DNA of 64,000 nucleotides from Hyalangium minutum (GTDB lineage Bacteria; Myxococcota; Myxococcia; Myxococcales; Myxococcaceae): NCBI RefSeq assembly GCF_000737315.1, contig NZ_JMCB01000002.1, positions 496,001 to 560,000 of the forward strand, read 5' to 3'. Shown piece by piece: positions 36,727 to 45,370 of this stretch (position 1 is its first letter; each line of letters starts with the position of its first letter). The notes under the pieces were generated by a model. It saw only the letters and a program-made list of their open reading frames with translations, ran no database searches and was not told where the DNA came from. The position numbers and the translations under genes were made by a program.

Positions 36727-38442
36727 CTAGGGGAACTTCAACGGCTGTGCGCCCTGAGCATGCAACCAGGCGGTGACAGCCTGCAGTTCCTCCTCGGGTA
36801 GTCTGAGGTGGTCAAACGTCTCCATCTCATTCATTTCGCCGAAGAAGCGGGAATGGCCAGGTGTGCGGATGAAGGCGTGGGTCCACTCGCGGGAGGCCCA
36901 GCCCTTGAGGTCCGGGGCGAGGCCGCTGCCCACGCCGTCCAGGGAGTGGCAGCTGGCGCAGCCCTCGGAGTCGAAGAGCGCCTCGCCCTTCTTGGCGAGC
37001 GCCTCCGTCACGTCCTTGCGGCCACCCTGCGAGTAGATGAACTCGGTGAGGGCGTCCACGGACTCCTGAGGGCCGGTGTACGGCTCCATGTCGTCGATCT
37101 TCGTGTTGCCGAAGAAGTGGGGCGCGCGGGGGTTGCGCAGGAAGCGGGCGATCCACGCGCGCGAGCCATAGCCCTCCAGGCAGGGGCTGCCCTTGTAGGG
37201 CGTGGTGTCGCAGGCCATGTGGCACTTCTGGCACTGCACCGTGAGCACGCGGTGGCCCCAGACGATCGGATCATTGCGGTACAGGTTGAGTGGGCCGGAG
37301 GCGGGCACTCCGCCCATCGAGGCCAGGCGGCGGGCCTCGAGGGCCTCCTCATGGGCGCGCTCGGCCATGGCGGCCACGGCGGGATCGTTCCGATCCGAGC
37401 GCACGGCCAGGGCGCCCAGTCCGCCGACACCCACGAGCCCCAGCGTGAGGGTACCCGCGAGCAGCCGGTGGACGCTGGGCGAGCGGCGCGACAGGGCGGT
37501 GTGCAGGAAGGGCAGCGCGGCCACGAAGCCCATGGCCAGGCCGGGAAGGATGACGGTGCCCACCAGCTCGGCGCCGCCCTCGAAGTACTTGAGGAGCTGG
37601 AAGAGCGGCAGGAAGTACCACTCGGGACGGGCGAGGTACTGCGAGGATGGATCCGCCGGCGCCTCCAGCGGCGCGCCCACGCGCCAGGCGAGCCAGAAGA
37701 TGACGCCCACGGCCGCGATGGAGGCGATCGTGTCCAACAGGAGCTGGTCCGGGAAGAACATCGCCGCCTTGCGCTCCAGCTCCTCCTTCGGAAGGTCCGG
37801 CGGGGTGACGCCGTGCTTGCGGAAGAGGGCGATGTGGATGCCGATGACGGAGAAGAGGGCCGCGGGCAGCAACATGACGTGAAGCGTGTGGAAGCGCGTC
37901 AGCGTGAGGTTGCCGTAGGACGTGCCGCCCTGGAGGAACATCTGCAGCTTGGAACCGATGAGCGGCAGCGTTCCAGCGATGGACGTGGCCACCTGCGTGG
38001 CCCAGTAGCCCTTCTGGTCCCACGGCAGCAGGTAGCCGGTGAGCGCCAGTCCGAGGATGATCTGGAGCAGCACGAAGCCAGCGATCCAGTTCATCTCACG
38101 CGGGGCGCGGAAGGCGCCGGCCCAGGCGGTCTGCATCAGGTGCATCGCCATGACGATGACGATGGCCGAGGCGCCAAAGTGGTGCACGCCGCGCAGCAGC
38201 GAGCCCAGCCACACCTGCGTCTGGATGTAGTTGACGGAGGCCCACGCGTCCGTGGTGGACGGGCTGTAGTACAGCTCGAGGGCCACTCCGGTGACGACCT
38301 GCACCAGGATGAGGACGGTGATGACCGAGCCGAAGACGTAGCGCCAGCGGGCGCCGCCGGGCACGTGCTCATGCAGCGCATTGTGCAGAATGGCGCGGTA
38401 GCCGGTGCGCGAGTCCAGCCAGGCTTCGAGGCGTTTGAGCAT
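36727..38442 (-). CDS. Cytochrome b (b6+SUIV-type) fused to a C-terminal diheme cytochrome c
   Basis: GYLLPWDQ, heme His residues (VHHFG, MHL, FHTLH, IHI), PEWY Qo motif, CQKCH and CASCH; start could instead be GTG 38454. Confidence 0.92.
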   Translation of the reverse strand: MLKRLEAWLDSRTGYRAILHNALHEHVPGGARWRYVFGSVITVLILVQVVTGVALELYYSPSTTDAWASVNYIQTQVWLGSLLRGVHHFGASAIVIVMAMHLMQTAWAGAFRAPREMNWIAGFVLLQIILGLALTGYLLPWDQKGYWATQVATSIAGTLPLIGSKLQMFLQGGTSYGNLTLTRFHTLHVMLLPAALFSVIGIHIALFRKHGVTPPDLPKEELERKAAMFFPDQLLLDTIASIAAVGVIFWLAWRVGAPLEAPADPSSQYLARPEWYFLPLFQLLKYFEGGAELVGTVILPGLAMGFVAALPFLHTALSRRSPSVHRLLAGTLTLGLVGVGGLGALAVRSDRNDPAVAAMAERAHEEALEARRLASMGGVPASGPLNLYRNDPIVWGHRVLTVQCQKCHMACDTTPYKGSPCLEGYGSRAWIARFLRNPRAPHFFGNTKIDDMEPYTGPQESVDALTEFIYSQGGRKDVTEALAKKGEALFDSEGCASCHSLDGVGSGLAPDLKGWASREWTHAFIRTPGHSRFFGEMNEMETFDHLRLPEEELQAVTAWLHAQGAQPLKFP

Positions 38443-38450
38443 GGAGGGCC

Positions 38451-38993
38451 TCACACGGTTTCCCGCTCGGGGATGCCTTGCTTGAAGCGCTGGTAGTGGA
38501 TGAGCACCTGGTCGCCCCGCACTTCGACCTTGAGCGGATCCATACCGCGCGGCGCGGGTCCGGCCTCACGGTTACCGGCCAGTGAGAAGGCCGAGGTGTG
38601 GCACGGGCACGCGAACTGGTTGCGCTGCTTGTCCAGGTTCACGCCACAGCCCAGGTGCGGGCAGATGGTGGACAGGGCCAGGAAGGTGCCGTCCTCGCGG
38701 CGCGTCACCCAGGCGGCGCCCACGGTGGTGGCGTCGGAGCGGCTCCATGCGTCGGTGACGGAGCGGATCAGCTCCACACGGCGCGGCACGCCCACGGTGA
38801 ACTCGGAGACGTTGCCCACGGGGATGGGGGCGTCCCCGGCGTCCTTGTTCGACGAGGTACGCAGGGGCGAGAGGAGGCTGCCCAGCACCGGCACGGAGGC
38901 GAGCGCCGCGATGACGCCTCCCAACATGACGGTGAGGGCGCTGAGGAAGCCTCGGCGGGTCGAAGCGGGGGGATGAGAAGAGGTCTCAGACAT
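38451..38993 (-). CDS. Rieske 2Fe-2S subunit with Tat-type signal
   Basis: TRRGFL twin-arginine motif; CPHLGC and CPCH boxes. Confidence 0.93.
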   Translation of the reverse strand: MSETSSHPPASTRRGFLSALTVMLGGVIAALASVPVLGSLLSPLRTSSNKDAGDAPIPVGNVSEFTVGVPRRVELIRSVTDAWSRSDATTVGAAWVTRREDGTFLALSTICPHLGCGVNLDKQRNQFACPCHTSAFSLAGNREAGPAPRGMDPLKVEVRGDQVLIHYQRFKQGIPERETV

Positions 38994-39154
38994 ATCCGGT
39001 CCCGAGTATAGGGGGCCGTTCAACGTTCAACCATTCCTTGATGGCACAGAGCGTCACGTCCTCCGGAGGACACCGTACTGGGGGTGCGCTGCCCTTCTCG
39101 CTACCCGATGATTACCCCTCCCCCAGGCTGGATTGCGTGGGATGGGGTGGGGGC

Positions 39155-40855
39155 ATGGTGGGCCGGTCGAGGGGATGGAGCGGAGTGGTGTTGTTCGCCG
39201 TGTGCGCGATGGCGCTGCGGTGCAGTTCTTCGGCCCCGGCGGAAAGTGCCGAGAAGCCCTCGGTGCCGATGCCGCCCATCCCGATTCCTCCGCTGCCCAT
39301 ACCGCCCTCGACGGAGCCTTCACCGGGTGACGGAGGGACAACGGCGCCTCCCGACGGGGGGACGCCGGATGGCGGAACTTCCGAGCCTCCGCGGGCCACT
39401 CGCTGCGCGCCGGAGGGCGGGGACCGCCACTGGGTGCTCGAGGGCGAGGCACTGACCGTCAACCTGCGCTGCGCGAAAGGGCTCACCGGGCCAGACTTGC
39501 GCTTCACCGTGTCCCCGCTGCCTGCGGGAGCCACCGTGGACGAGGTGACGGGCACCTTCCGGTGGACGCCAGCGAAGGATCAGGCCGCCGTCTGGACGCT
39601 CGCTCTCACCGAGCGTTCCACGGGAGAGACGGGGACGCTCGAGGTGGGCGTGGTGGACAACTGGCAGGCCGGCAACAACGTGCCCATCACCGAGCCTGAG
39701 AAGTACACCGAGGAGTACGGGCTGCCTGTCTTCCAGCTCTTCTTTCCGGGAGAGCTCACCGCAGGTGGCTACCTGCCCGTGGAGCTCGTCTACCGGGGGC
39801 ACCGTTTCATCATGGAGGCCAAGTACCGGGGCGCCACCTCCAGCGTGCTCCCCAACCGTGGCCTCACCTTCAAGTTCCCGGAGAATGATGTGTTCAACGA
39901 GCCCGACCGGGCTGGTGGCTTCATGGGCCGGCGGCGGCTGGTGCTCATCACCCACTTCAACGAGAACTCATACCTGCGGCCGCGGCTCGCCTTTGACTTG
40001 TGGAACCGCATGGCGCCGGAGCACATCCAGATCAAGACGTTCAGCGCGGTGCTGTACCTGAATGGGCACTACCGGGGCATCTTCACCGTGGCCGACCACG
40101 TGGACGACGAGCTGATGGAGCGCCACGGCCTGTCCAAGACGGCGGACCTCTTCAAGGCAGTGGACGCGGACGCGAACTTCTCGCGGATCGACCGGAAGGG
40201 AGCGCCCAAGGAGAAGTTGTACCAGGGCTATGAGAAGAAGGAGGGCAAGCCCGAGGAGGGGTGGCCCACGGCCTTCGCGGGGATGGAGGCGCTGACGGCC
40301 TTCATCGCCGACTCGGACGCCACTGCGTTCCGCGAGCACCGGGCCGAGCACCTCAATCCCCAGGACTACGAGGACTGGTGGATCTTCAACACGCTGGTGC
40401 TGGGGACGGACTCGGGCGCGAAGAACGCCTACCACTACCAGGAGCGCGAGCCGCTCAGACCCTTCCGCTTCATCCCGTGGGACTTCGACGCCACCTTCGG
40501 CCAGGGCTGGGACACGCGGCGACGTGGCGCCACCGAGCTGCTGGACTTCGCGGGCGACAACCTGCTGTTCAAGAAGATGCTGGAGGACCCGGCCATCGCC
40601 GGGCCCATGCGCGAGCGCTACCGCCAGCTCCTCCACGGCCCGCTGTCCAAGCAGGAGGTGCTGCGCCTGATCGACGGCTATGCGCAGGAACTGGAGGTTG
40701 CCGCCCAGCGCGACCAGGCGCGCTGGGGCCAGCAGTACCGCACCTACGAGCGCTGGAGCGACCGTACCGACTTCACCACCTGGTCCGAGGAGGTGGAGTA
40801 CATCCGCCGGTGGGTCGACCAGCGCTGGGACTTGCTGGAGCGCCGGCTGCCGTAG
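39155..40855 (+). CDS. CotH kinase family protein with signal peptide and Ig-like domain
   Basis: AKYRGATS, KNAYHY, FIPWDFDATFG; Pro-rich linker; GTFRWTP Ig-like segment. Confidence 0.85.
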   Translation: MVGRSRGWSGVVLFAVCAMALRCSSSAPAESAEKPSVPMPPIPIPPLPIPPSTEPSPGDGGTTAPPDGGTPDGGTSEPPRATRCAPEGGDRHWVLEGEALTVNLRCAKGLTGPDLRFTVSPLPAGATVDEVTGTFRWTPAKDQAAVWTLALTERSTGETGTLEVGVVDNWQAGNNVPITEPEKYTEEYGLPVFQLFFPGELTAGGYLPVELVYRGHRFIMEAKYRGATSSVLPNRGLTFKFPENDVFNEPDRAGGFMGRRRLVLITHFNENSYLRPRLAFDLWNRMAPEHIQIKTFSAVLYLNGHYRGIFTVADHVDDELMERHGLSKTADLFKAVDADANFSRIDRKGAPKEKLYQGYEKKEGKPEEGWPTAFAGMEALTAFIADSDATAFREHRAEHLNPQDYEDWWIFNTLVLGTDSGAKNAYHYQEREPLRPFRFIPWDFDATFGQGWDTRRRGATELLDFAGDNLLFKKMLEDPAIAGPMRERYRQLLHGPLSKQEVLRLIDGYAQELEVAAQRDQARWGQQYRTYERWSDRTDFTTWSEEVEYIRRWVDQRWDLLERRLP

Positions 40856-40861
40856 CGGCAG

Positions 40862-41755
40862 CTACTTCGCGTAGAGGACGACGTCCTCGCGCACCTTGCC
40901 GACGATGTTCTCCCACTTGCCATTGGCGCCGTGGGACCAGGCCTCGCCGTCATCGCGCAGCGACACCGTGTGGTAGCTCCACTTGGCGCGGCCGTCGCTG
41001 CACGCGGCAGTGCCGGTGTTCAGCGTGCCGCCGCAGAACCAGTCACCCGGGTTGCAGTACGAGCCGCCCGAGCTACCGGAGACGCCACCGGTGGAGTGAT
41101 AGGAAACCGCCTCGTCATCCTGACCTGGGAGGATGCCAGAGTAGGCGGTGCCCTTGGCCGCCGCGAACATGTAGAACCACAGCGAGCGCGTGGTGTTGTG
41201 GTTGTACATGGCGCGCGCCGTGGTGGTGACGAGGTCGCCCACGATGGCGTCGCTCGTGGCCCACTCGCCGACGTCCGCCAGCTCGCTGCCGCCGCCCGCG
41301 CCCGAGGCCACGTCCACCCACTTGATGTTCCAGCCCGTCTGCGTGGTGCCGTCCGTGTTGCCGCACACACCGCTCGAGTTGGGGGTGGCGTTCTTCTTGT
41401 AGCGGGCGGAGCTGCCGTAGAGCGACAGCGCGTAGCCGATCTGCAGGTTACCGGCGCTGTGCACGGCGATGTAGCACCAGTTCGTCCCGGTGCAGAAGCA
41501 GTCCAGGGCGTCGCGGATGCGGTAGTTCTGCCCGCCGATCTGCTGGCGCCCATCCCAGTTCACGGCCTTCTTGTTCACACCGGCCGCGGTGGAGCTGGGA
41601 CCCCAGTTGGAGAAGTCGGCGTAGTTGCCGGCCTGGGTACCGCCTCCGTTCTTGCCGTGGATCCACAGCGTGTAATTGGTGGCCTGCGCCTGAGGTGCGG
41701 CCAGGAAGGTGACGGCCAGTGAAGTGGCCAGTGCCATGCGGACAGAGAGCTGCAT
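40862..41755 (-). CDS. Secreted Cys-containing alpha/beta-hydrolase-like protein
   Basis: Signal peptide ending AQA; LWIHG and AVHSAG (variant of lipase xHSxG); GGSEL motif. Confidence 0.7.
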   Translation of the reverse strand: MQLSVRMALATSLAVTFLAAPQAQATNYTLWIHGKNGGGTQAGNYADFSNWGPSSTAAGVNKKAVNWDGRQQIGGQNYRIRDALDCFCTGTNWCYIAVHSAGNLQIGYALSLYGSSARYKKNATPNSSGVCGNTDGTTQTGWNIKWVDVASGAGGGSELADVGEWATSDAIVGDLVTTTARAMYNHNTTRSLWFYMFAAAKGTAYSGILPGQDDEAVSYHSTGGVSGSSGGSYCNPGDWFCGGTLNTGTAACSDGRAKWSYHTVSLRDDGEAWSHGANGKWENIVGKVREDVVLYAK

Positions 41756-41888
41756 GAAGGCTCCGGGGGATGGGGGATACCCGCTCGCGAAACTGCGGGA
41801 CTGTCCGGTTATCGGAAAATGAGAAGAAGAGTTGCGTGATAACCTGGGAATGCTTCGTTTTTCCGAGGGGAGGCGCAGTCCCGTGGCG

Positions 41889-42515
41889 ATGCTCCAGTTC
41901 ACCCGCAACTACACGGACCGCTCGAACGACCAGGGATTCCAGTTCGAGTTCTACTGCGACAAGTGCAGCAATGGGCACATGTCGGCGTTCGAGGGCAGTG
42001 CCCTGGGGATGGCCTCCAGCTTCCTGAAGGCGGCGGGCTCGTTCTTTGGCGGGGCGCTGTCGCGGGCGGCATACGCGGGCGACCACGTGAAGGACGCGCT
42101 GCGCGGTAAGGCGTGGGATGACGCCTACGGCAACGCGGTGAACGAGGCGAAGAAGCACTTCAAGCACTGCACCCGCTGTGGGCACTGGGTGTGCCCGCAG
42201 TCATGTTGGAACGAGCAGCGCGGGCTGTGCGAGGCCTGCGCGCCGAACCTTGCCGAGGAGGCGGCTCACATCCAGTCCAAGGTGGCGGTGGAGCAGACCT
42301 GGGACAAGGCACGCAAGGTGGACCAGGTGGAGAACCTGGACATGAAGGCGCAGCGGATGGCGGCGTGTCCTCACTGCAACGCCAGCATCGAGGGCGGCAA
42401 GTTCTGCCCCGAGTGCGGCAAGCCGCTCGCCGCGAAGTCGAGCTGCGGCAAGTGCGGCGCGGAGATGGCGGCCAAGGCCAAGTTCTGCCCGGAGTGCGGA
42501 ACCGCTCGGGGGTGA
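41889..42515 (+). CDS. Zinc-ribbon (double zinc ribbon) protein
   Basis: Multiple CxxC pairs; KFCPECG repeated twice at the C-terminus. Confidence 0.85.
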   Translation: MLQFTRNYTDRSNDQGFQFEFYCDKCSNGHMSAFEGSALGMASSFLKAAGSFFGGALSRAAYAGDHVKDALRGKAWDDAYGNAVNEAKKHFKHCTRCGHWVCPQSCWNEQRGLCEACAPNLAEEAAHIQSKVAVEQTWDKARKVDQVENLDMKAQRMAACPHCNASIEGGKFCPECGKPLAAKSSCGKCGAEMAAKAKFCPECGTARG

Positions 42516-42526
42516 GGGGCAGGGCG

Positions 42527-42551
42527 GCGGGTTCGATTGCCGCCGCTTCCA
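42527..42551 (+). mobile_element. Degenerate tmRNA (ssrA) 3'-end copy, probable att-site relic
   Basis: GCGGGTTCGATTGCCGCCGCTTCCA = T-arm plus acceptor 3' strand, two mismatches to the recalled GCGGGTTCGATTCCCGCCGCCTCCA; no 5' half upstream; followed by GGGACC/GGACC repeats at 42615-42652. Confidence 0.6.
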
Positions 42552-42833
42552 AGTAGAGCAACCCGCCGCTTTCAAGGCGCCACCCTCTGAGAATGGGGCT
42601 GCGCCTGCATTTTCGGGACCAAATCCGGTTTTTGGGGACCCAAAAAGGACCAAGCCGGAGACGGAAACGACAGAAGCAAGACGTGGCTCGGCAAGTGGAA
42701 GCGTATAGGCGGGATAGAGGCCATGTTGCGGGTGAGGGCTGGAGCGGAGGTGCCGAGGAGGACCGCTGACAGGGGACGCCCGAGCAGTGCGGTGCGCTCT
42801 GGCAGTGCTCGTCTACACCTACCCCTTGGTGAC

Positions 42834-42877
42834 GCTGACGTGTCACCCTCGTCCCTGACACTCGCTGACACGTCAGC
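42834..42877. repeat. Perfect 12-bp inverted repeat upstream of the lectin-like gene
   Basis: GCTGACGTGTCA (42834-42845), 20-nt spacer, TGACACGTCAGC (42866-42877). Confidence 0.8.
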
Positions 42878-42988
42878 AACCCAGGCCCCAGGGGCGCATG
42901 AACAGCCCTTGCCCTCTGGACCCGGGACGCGGCGCGTCGGCACGTTTGGTGAATTGCTCCCGGTCACTCATCTCAAGAGGAGTTGGAA

Positions 42989-44374
42989 ATGGCCTGGGGA
43001 AACATCCGTGTCCGAAATGCGTGCCCTTTTCCCGTGACGTTCTATGCGATCGCTGGACCTTCGATCGAGCTGGCGGCGGGACAGACCTCGTCCGCGTCCG
43101 CCTGCCTGATCTGGTTCTCGACCCGAGTCAAAGGCTCCGGAGACGCCATCAACAAGGGCCAGTTCGAGTCGTATCGAGATGAATACGACCGAGAGGCGAA
43201 GATGTACGGCCACGACTGGAAGAGCTGGAGGGACGGGCACTCGGGCGCCGCCGCGGGATCCTTCCTGGGCTGGGCCGTCGGCGCCTTGGAGGATGTCTTC
43301 AAGACCAAGGTCACGGAGTCGGGCGGCAACCTCTACTTTGGAGCCAAGAAGGAGGCCGTCTACGGCAACGCAGATCTGGTGGTGTACGCGACGAAGGACC
43401 CCGCGTGCGAAATGGCCCCGGAGCTCCACAAGGACGTCTGGTATCTCTACCTGGACTATGATCACGGGCAGCAGACGCCGCCGGCGGATACCTACGCCGT
43501 CCCCGATCTGAGCAAGTATGCGGACACCCTGTTCTTGCGCCTGAAGAACTCGGCCCACGCCGCCTACCTGTGCGCCGCCTACGACCAGAGCACCGTCAGC
43601 ACCCAGGCAGGTGACAATCCCTTCAATCCGCTCGAGTACTCCACGTACTGGACCGTGGCCCCGCTGGAGGCCGGGGCGCACAACCTCCGGCTGCTGAACG
43701 TGAAGACGCAGAAGTGGCTCACCTGCTTCTCGTCCGACAAGGACCGGATTGGCCTGTTGGACCTCGGCTACCAGGACTACGCCGATCAGCACTGGGATGC
43801 TCAAGTCGTCTACACCAATCCCCACGTGGTGATGTTGAGGAACCTGTACGTCGCGGGCAACCTGGTGGGAGGCAACAACGGCTCCACCTTCCTCTACCCT
43901 CCCAACTCCGGGTACAACGACCAGCACTGGGTGGTCGAGACGTTTACAGTGGACGTGAACAAGGTCCCCGCCGGGCATACCTTCCGAATCATGCATTGCC
44001 AGACGGGCCGGTACATCACCATGGGCCCCAACGACGCCTCCCATGCGAGCCTTCAGCCGACCGACGACAGCAATCAGCTGTTCGTCCTGGAGAAGTCAGG
44101 CGAGGGCGACTTCCGGCTGCGCAACATCAAATACAACGTCTACCTCACCTACTTCGGATCCTGGAAGTACCTCGGAGGCTACAGCGCCACGGGCTACCAG
44201 GATCAGCACTGGGGTGCGGAGATCGCCGACAAGAACGCGGGCTTTCACCTGTTCAACCGGCTGGACTCCCTGGGCGGCAACAACCACCTGTTCTTCAAGG
44301 ACAATGCGTTCGGGCTGTATGGCGGGGACTACCCGGACCAGCTGTGGGTGCTGCAGTTGGAGACCACGAGCTGA
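42989..44374 (+). CDS. Orphan protein: unknown N-terminal domain + two ricin-type beta-trefoil domains
   Basis: GAGGAG RBS; subdomain-closing motifs YSTYW, YADQHW, YNDQHW, SNQLF, YQDQHW, YPDQLW; no signal peptide; visibly lower GC than neighbours. Confidence 0.75.
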   Translation: MAWGNIRVRNACPFPVTFYAIAGPSIELAAGQTSSASACLIWFSTRVKGSGDAINKGQFESYRDEYDREAKMYGHDWKSWRDGHSGAAAGSFLGWAVGALEDVFKTKVTESGGNLYFGAKKEAVYGNADLVVYATKDPACEMAPELHKDVWYLYLDYDHGQQTPPADTYAVPDLSKYADTLFLRLKNSAHAAYLCAAYDQSTVSTQAGDNPFNPLEYSTYWTVAPLEAGAHNLRLLNVKTQKWLTCFSSDKDRIGLLDLGYQDYADQHWDAQVVYTNPHVVMLRNLYVAGNLVGGNNGSTFLYPPNSGYNDQHWVVETFTVDVNKVPAGHTFRIMHCQTGRYITMGPNDASHASLQPTDDSNQLFVLEKSGEGDFRLRNIKYNVYLTYFGSWKYLGGYSATGYQDQHWGAEIADKNAGFHLFNRLDSLGGNNHLFFKDNAFGLYGGDYPDQLWVLQLETTS

Positions 44375-44389
44375 GAGGGCCAGGGCTGC

Positions 44390-44467
44390 CGGGTGAGGCG
44401 GCGCACCATCGCGAGCAGCCGCTCCACCTCCACCGGCTTCCGAGGGAGCGCGCATGCGCCGGCCGCC
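44390..44467 (-). pseudogene. C-terminal fragment of a receiver (REC) domain
   Basis: Translates AAGACALPRKPVEVERLLAMVRRLT, the beta5 KP motif plus helix 5; no start codon or N-terminal part. Confidence 0.5.
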
Positions 44468-44611
44468 TCTACCAGAAGAAGCTCTTCGGGACGCCCTGGC
44501 TCACGTTCCGCGAGGAGTCACGGCGGCCCACCAGGGTCATCGCCGCGCTCCTCGCGTGAGGCGGCTCTTCTAATGACAATGGCGTCGACGCCTGCTCCTC
44601 CTCCTAGGTGA

Positions 44612-45241
44612 TCAGGTGTCGTCGCGGCTGGAGACCCTCAGGTGGTTCACGTCACCCCAGGTCACCAGCCGAAACTTCCCCTCGTGGTAGTCGAACTGGT
44701 TCCAGCAGGCGTTGAGCACGGAGAAGGCCCGGGGCGTGCCGAAGGGAATGCCCAGGCAGTGCCGGAAGAGAAGGCTCAGGACGCCGCCGTGGGTCACCAC
44801 CACGACGCGCTCTCCCGCGTGGCGCGCCCCGAGCTCCTCCAGGCACTCCAGTGCGTGGCGCAGCCGCTGCGAGGTGCTCTCTCCCCGCGGCACGACGAAG
44901 TCCGGACCACCCGCCGAGTACTCCGCGAACACCTCCGGGTGGCGCTGGCTCGCCTCCTCCCGAGTGAGCCCCTCGAGCACCCCCAGGGCCCGCTCACGCA
45001 GGCGCCCATCCTGACGGAGGGCGTGGCCCGTCCGATTGGCGATGCGCCGCGCCGTCTCCACGGCCCGCCCCAGGTCGCTGCTGTAGAGCGCCTGGAAGGA
45101 GACGGAGGAGAGCCTCGCGGCGAGCAGGTCCGCCTGGCGCAAGCCCTCGGAGCTCAGCGGACTGTCCAGGTGTCCCTGAAAGCGCCCCAGGGAGTTCCAC
45201 TCCGTCTCTCCGTGGCGAAGCAGGATGAGCTCGGTCGTCAT
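44612..45241 (-). CDS. Histidine phosphatase (phosphoglycerate mutase-like) family protein
   Basis: LLRHGETEWN, SSDLGRA, LRE, VVTHGG. Confidence 0.92.
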   Translation of the reverse strand: MTTELILLRHGETEWNSLGRFQGHLDSPLSSEGLRQADLLAARLSSVSFQALYSSDLGRAVETARRIANRTGHALRQDGRLRERALGVLEGLTREEASQRHPEVFAEYSAGGPDFVVPRGESTSQRLRHALECLEELGARHAGERVVVVTHGGVLSLLFRHCLGIPFGTPRAFSVLNACWNQFDYHEGKFRLVTWGDVNHLRVSSRDDT

Positions 45242-45370
45242 GGGCGCAGCCTGACTGGAGCCCTCGGCCAGGGCAAGCCGGGCGCGGATCGAGGAGGCGT
45301 ACATCCCTCCTGAAGACAGCCACGTCCACATCCCGCGGAAGCACGAGATGTGGACGTGGGCCGCTGAGGC

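Noticed and set aside
42527-42551. Intact tRNA or tmRNA gene
   Set aside because: Only the T-arm and acceptor 3' strand are present, with a stem mismatch and no CCA. The upstream sequence is the zinc-ribbon coding region, so it is reported as an att relic instead.
42572-42967. ORFs near the att relic as an integrase remnant
   Set aside because: No tyrosine- or serine-recombinase catalytic motifs could be read in any frame.
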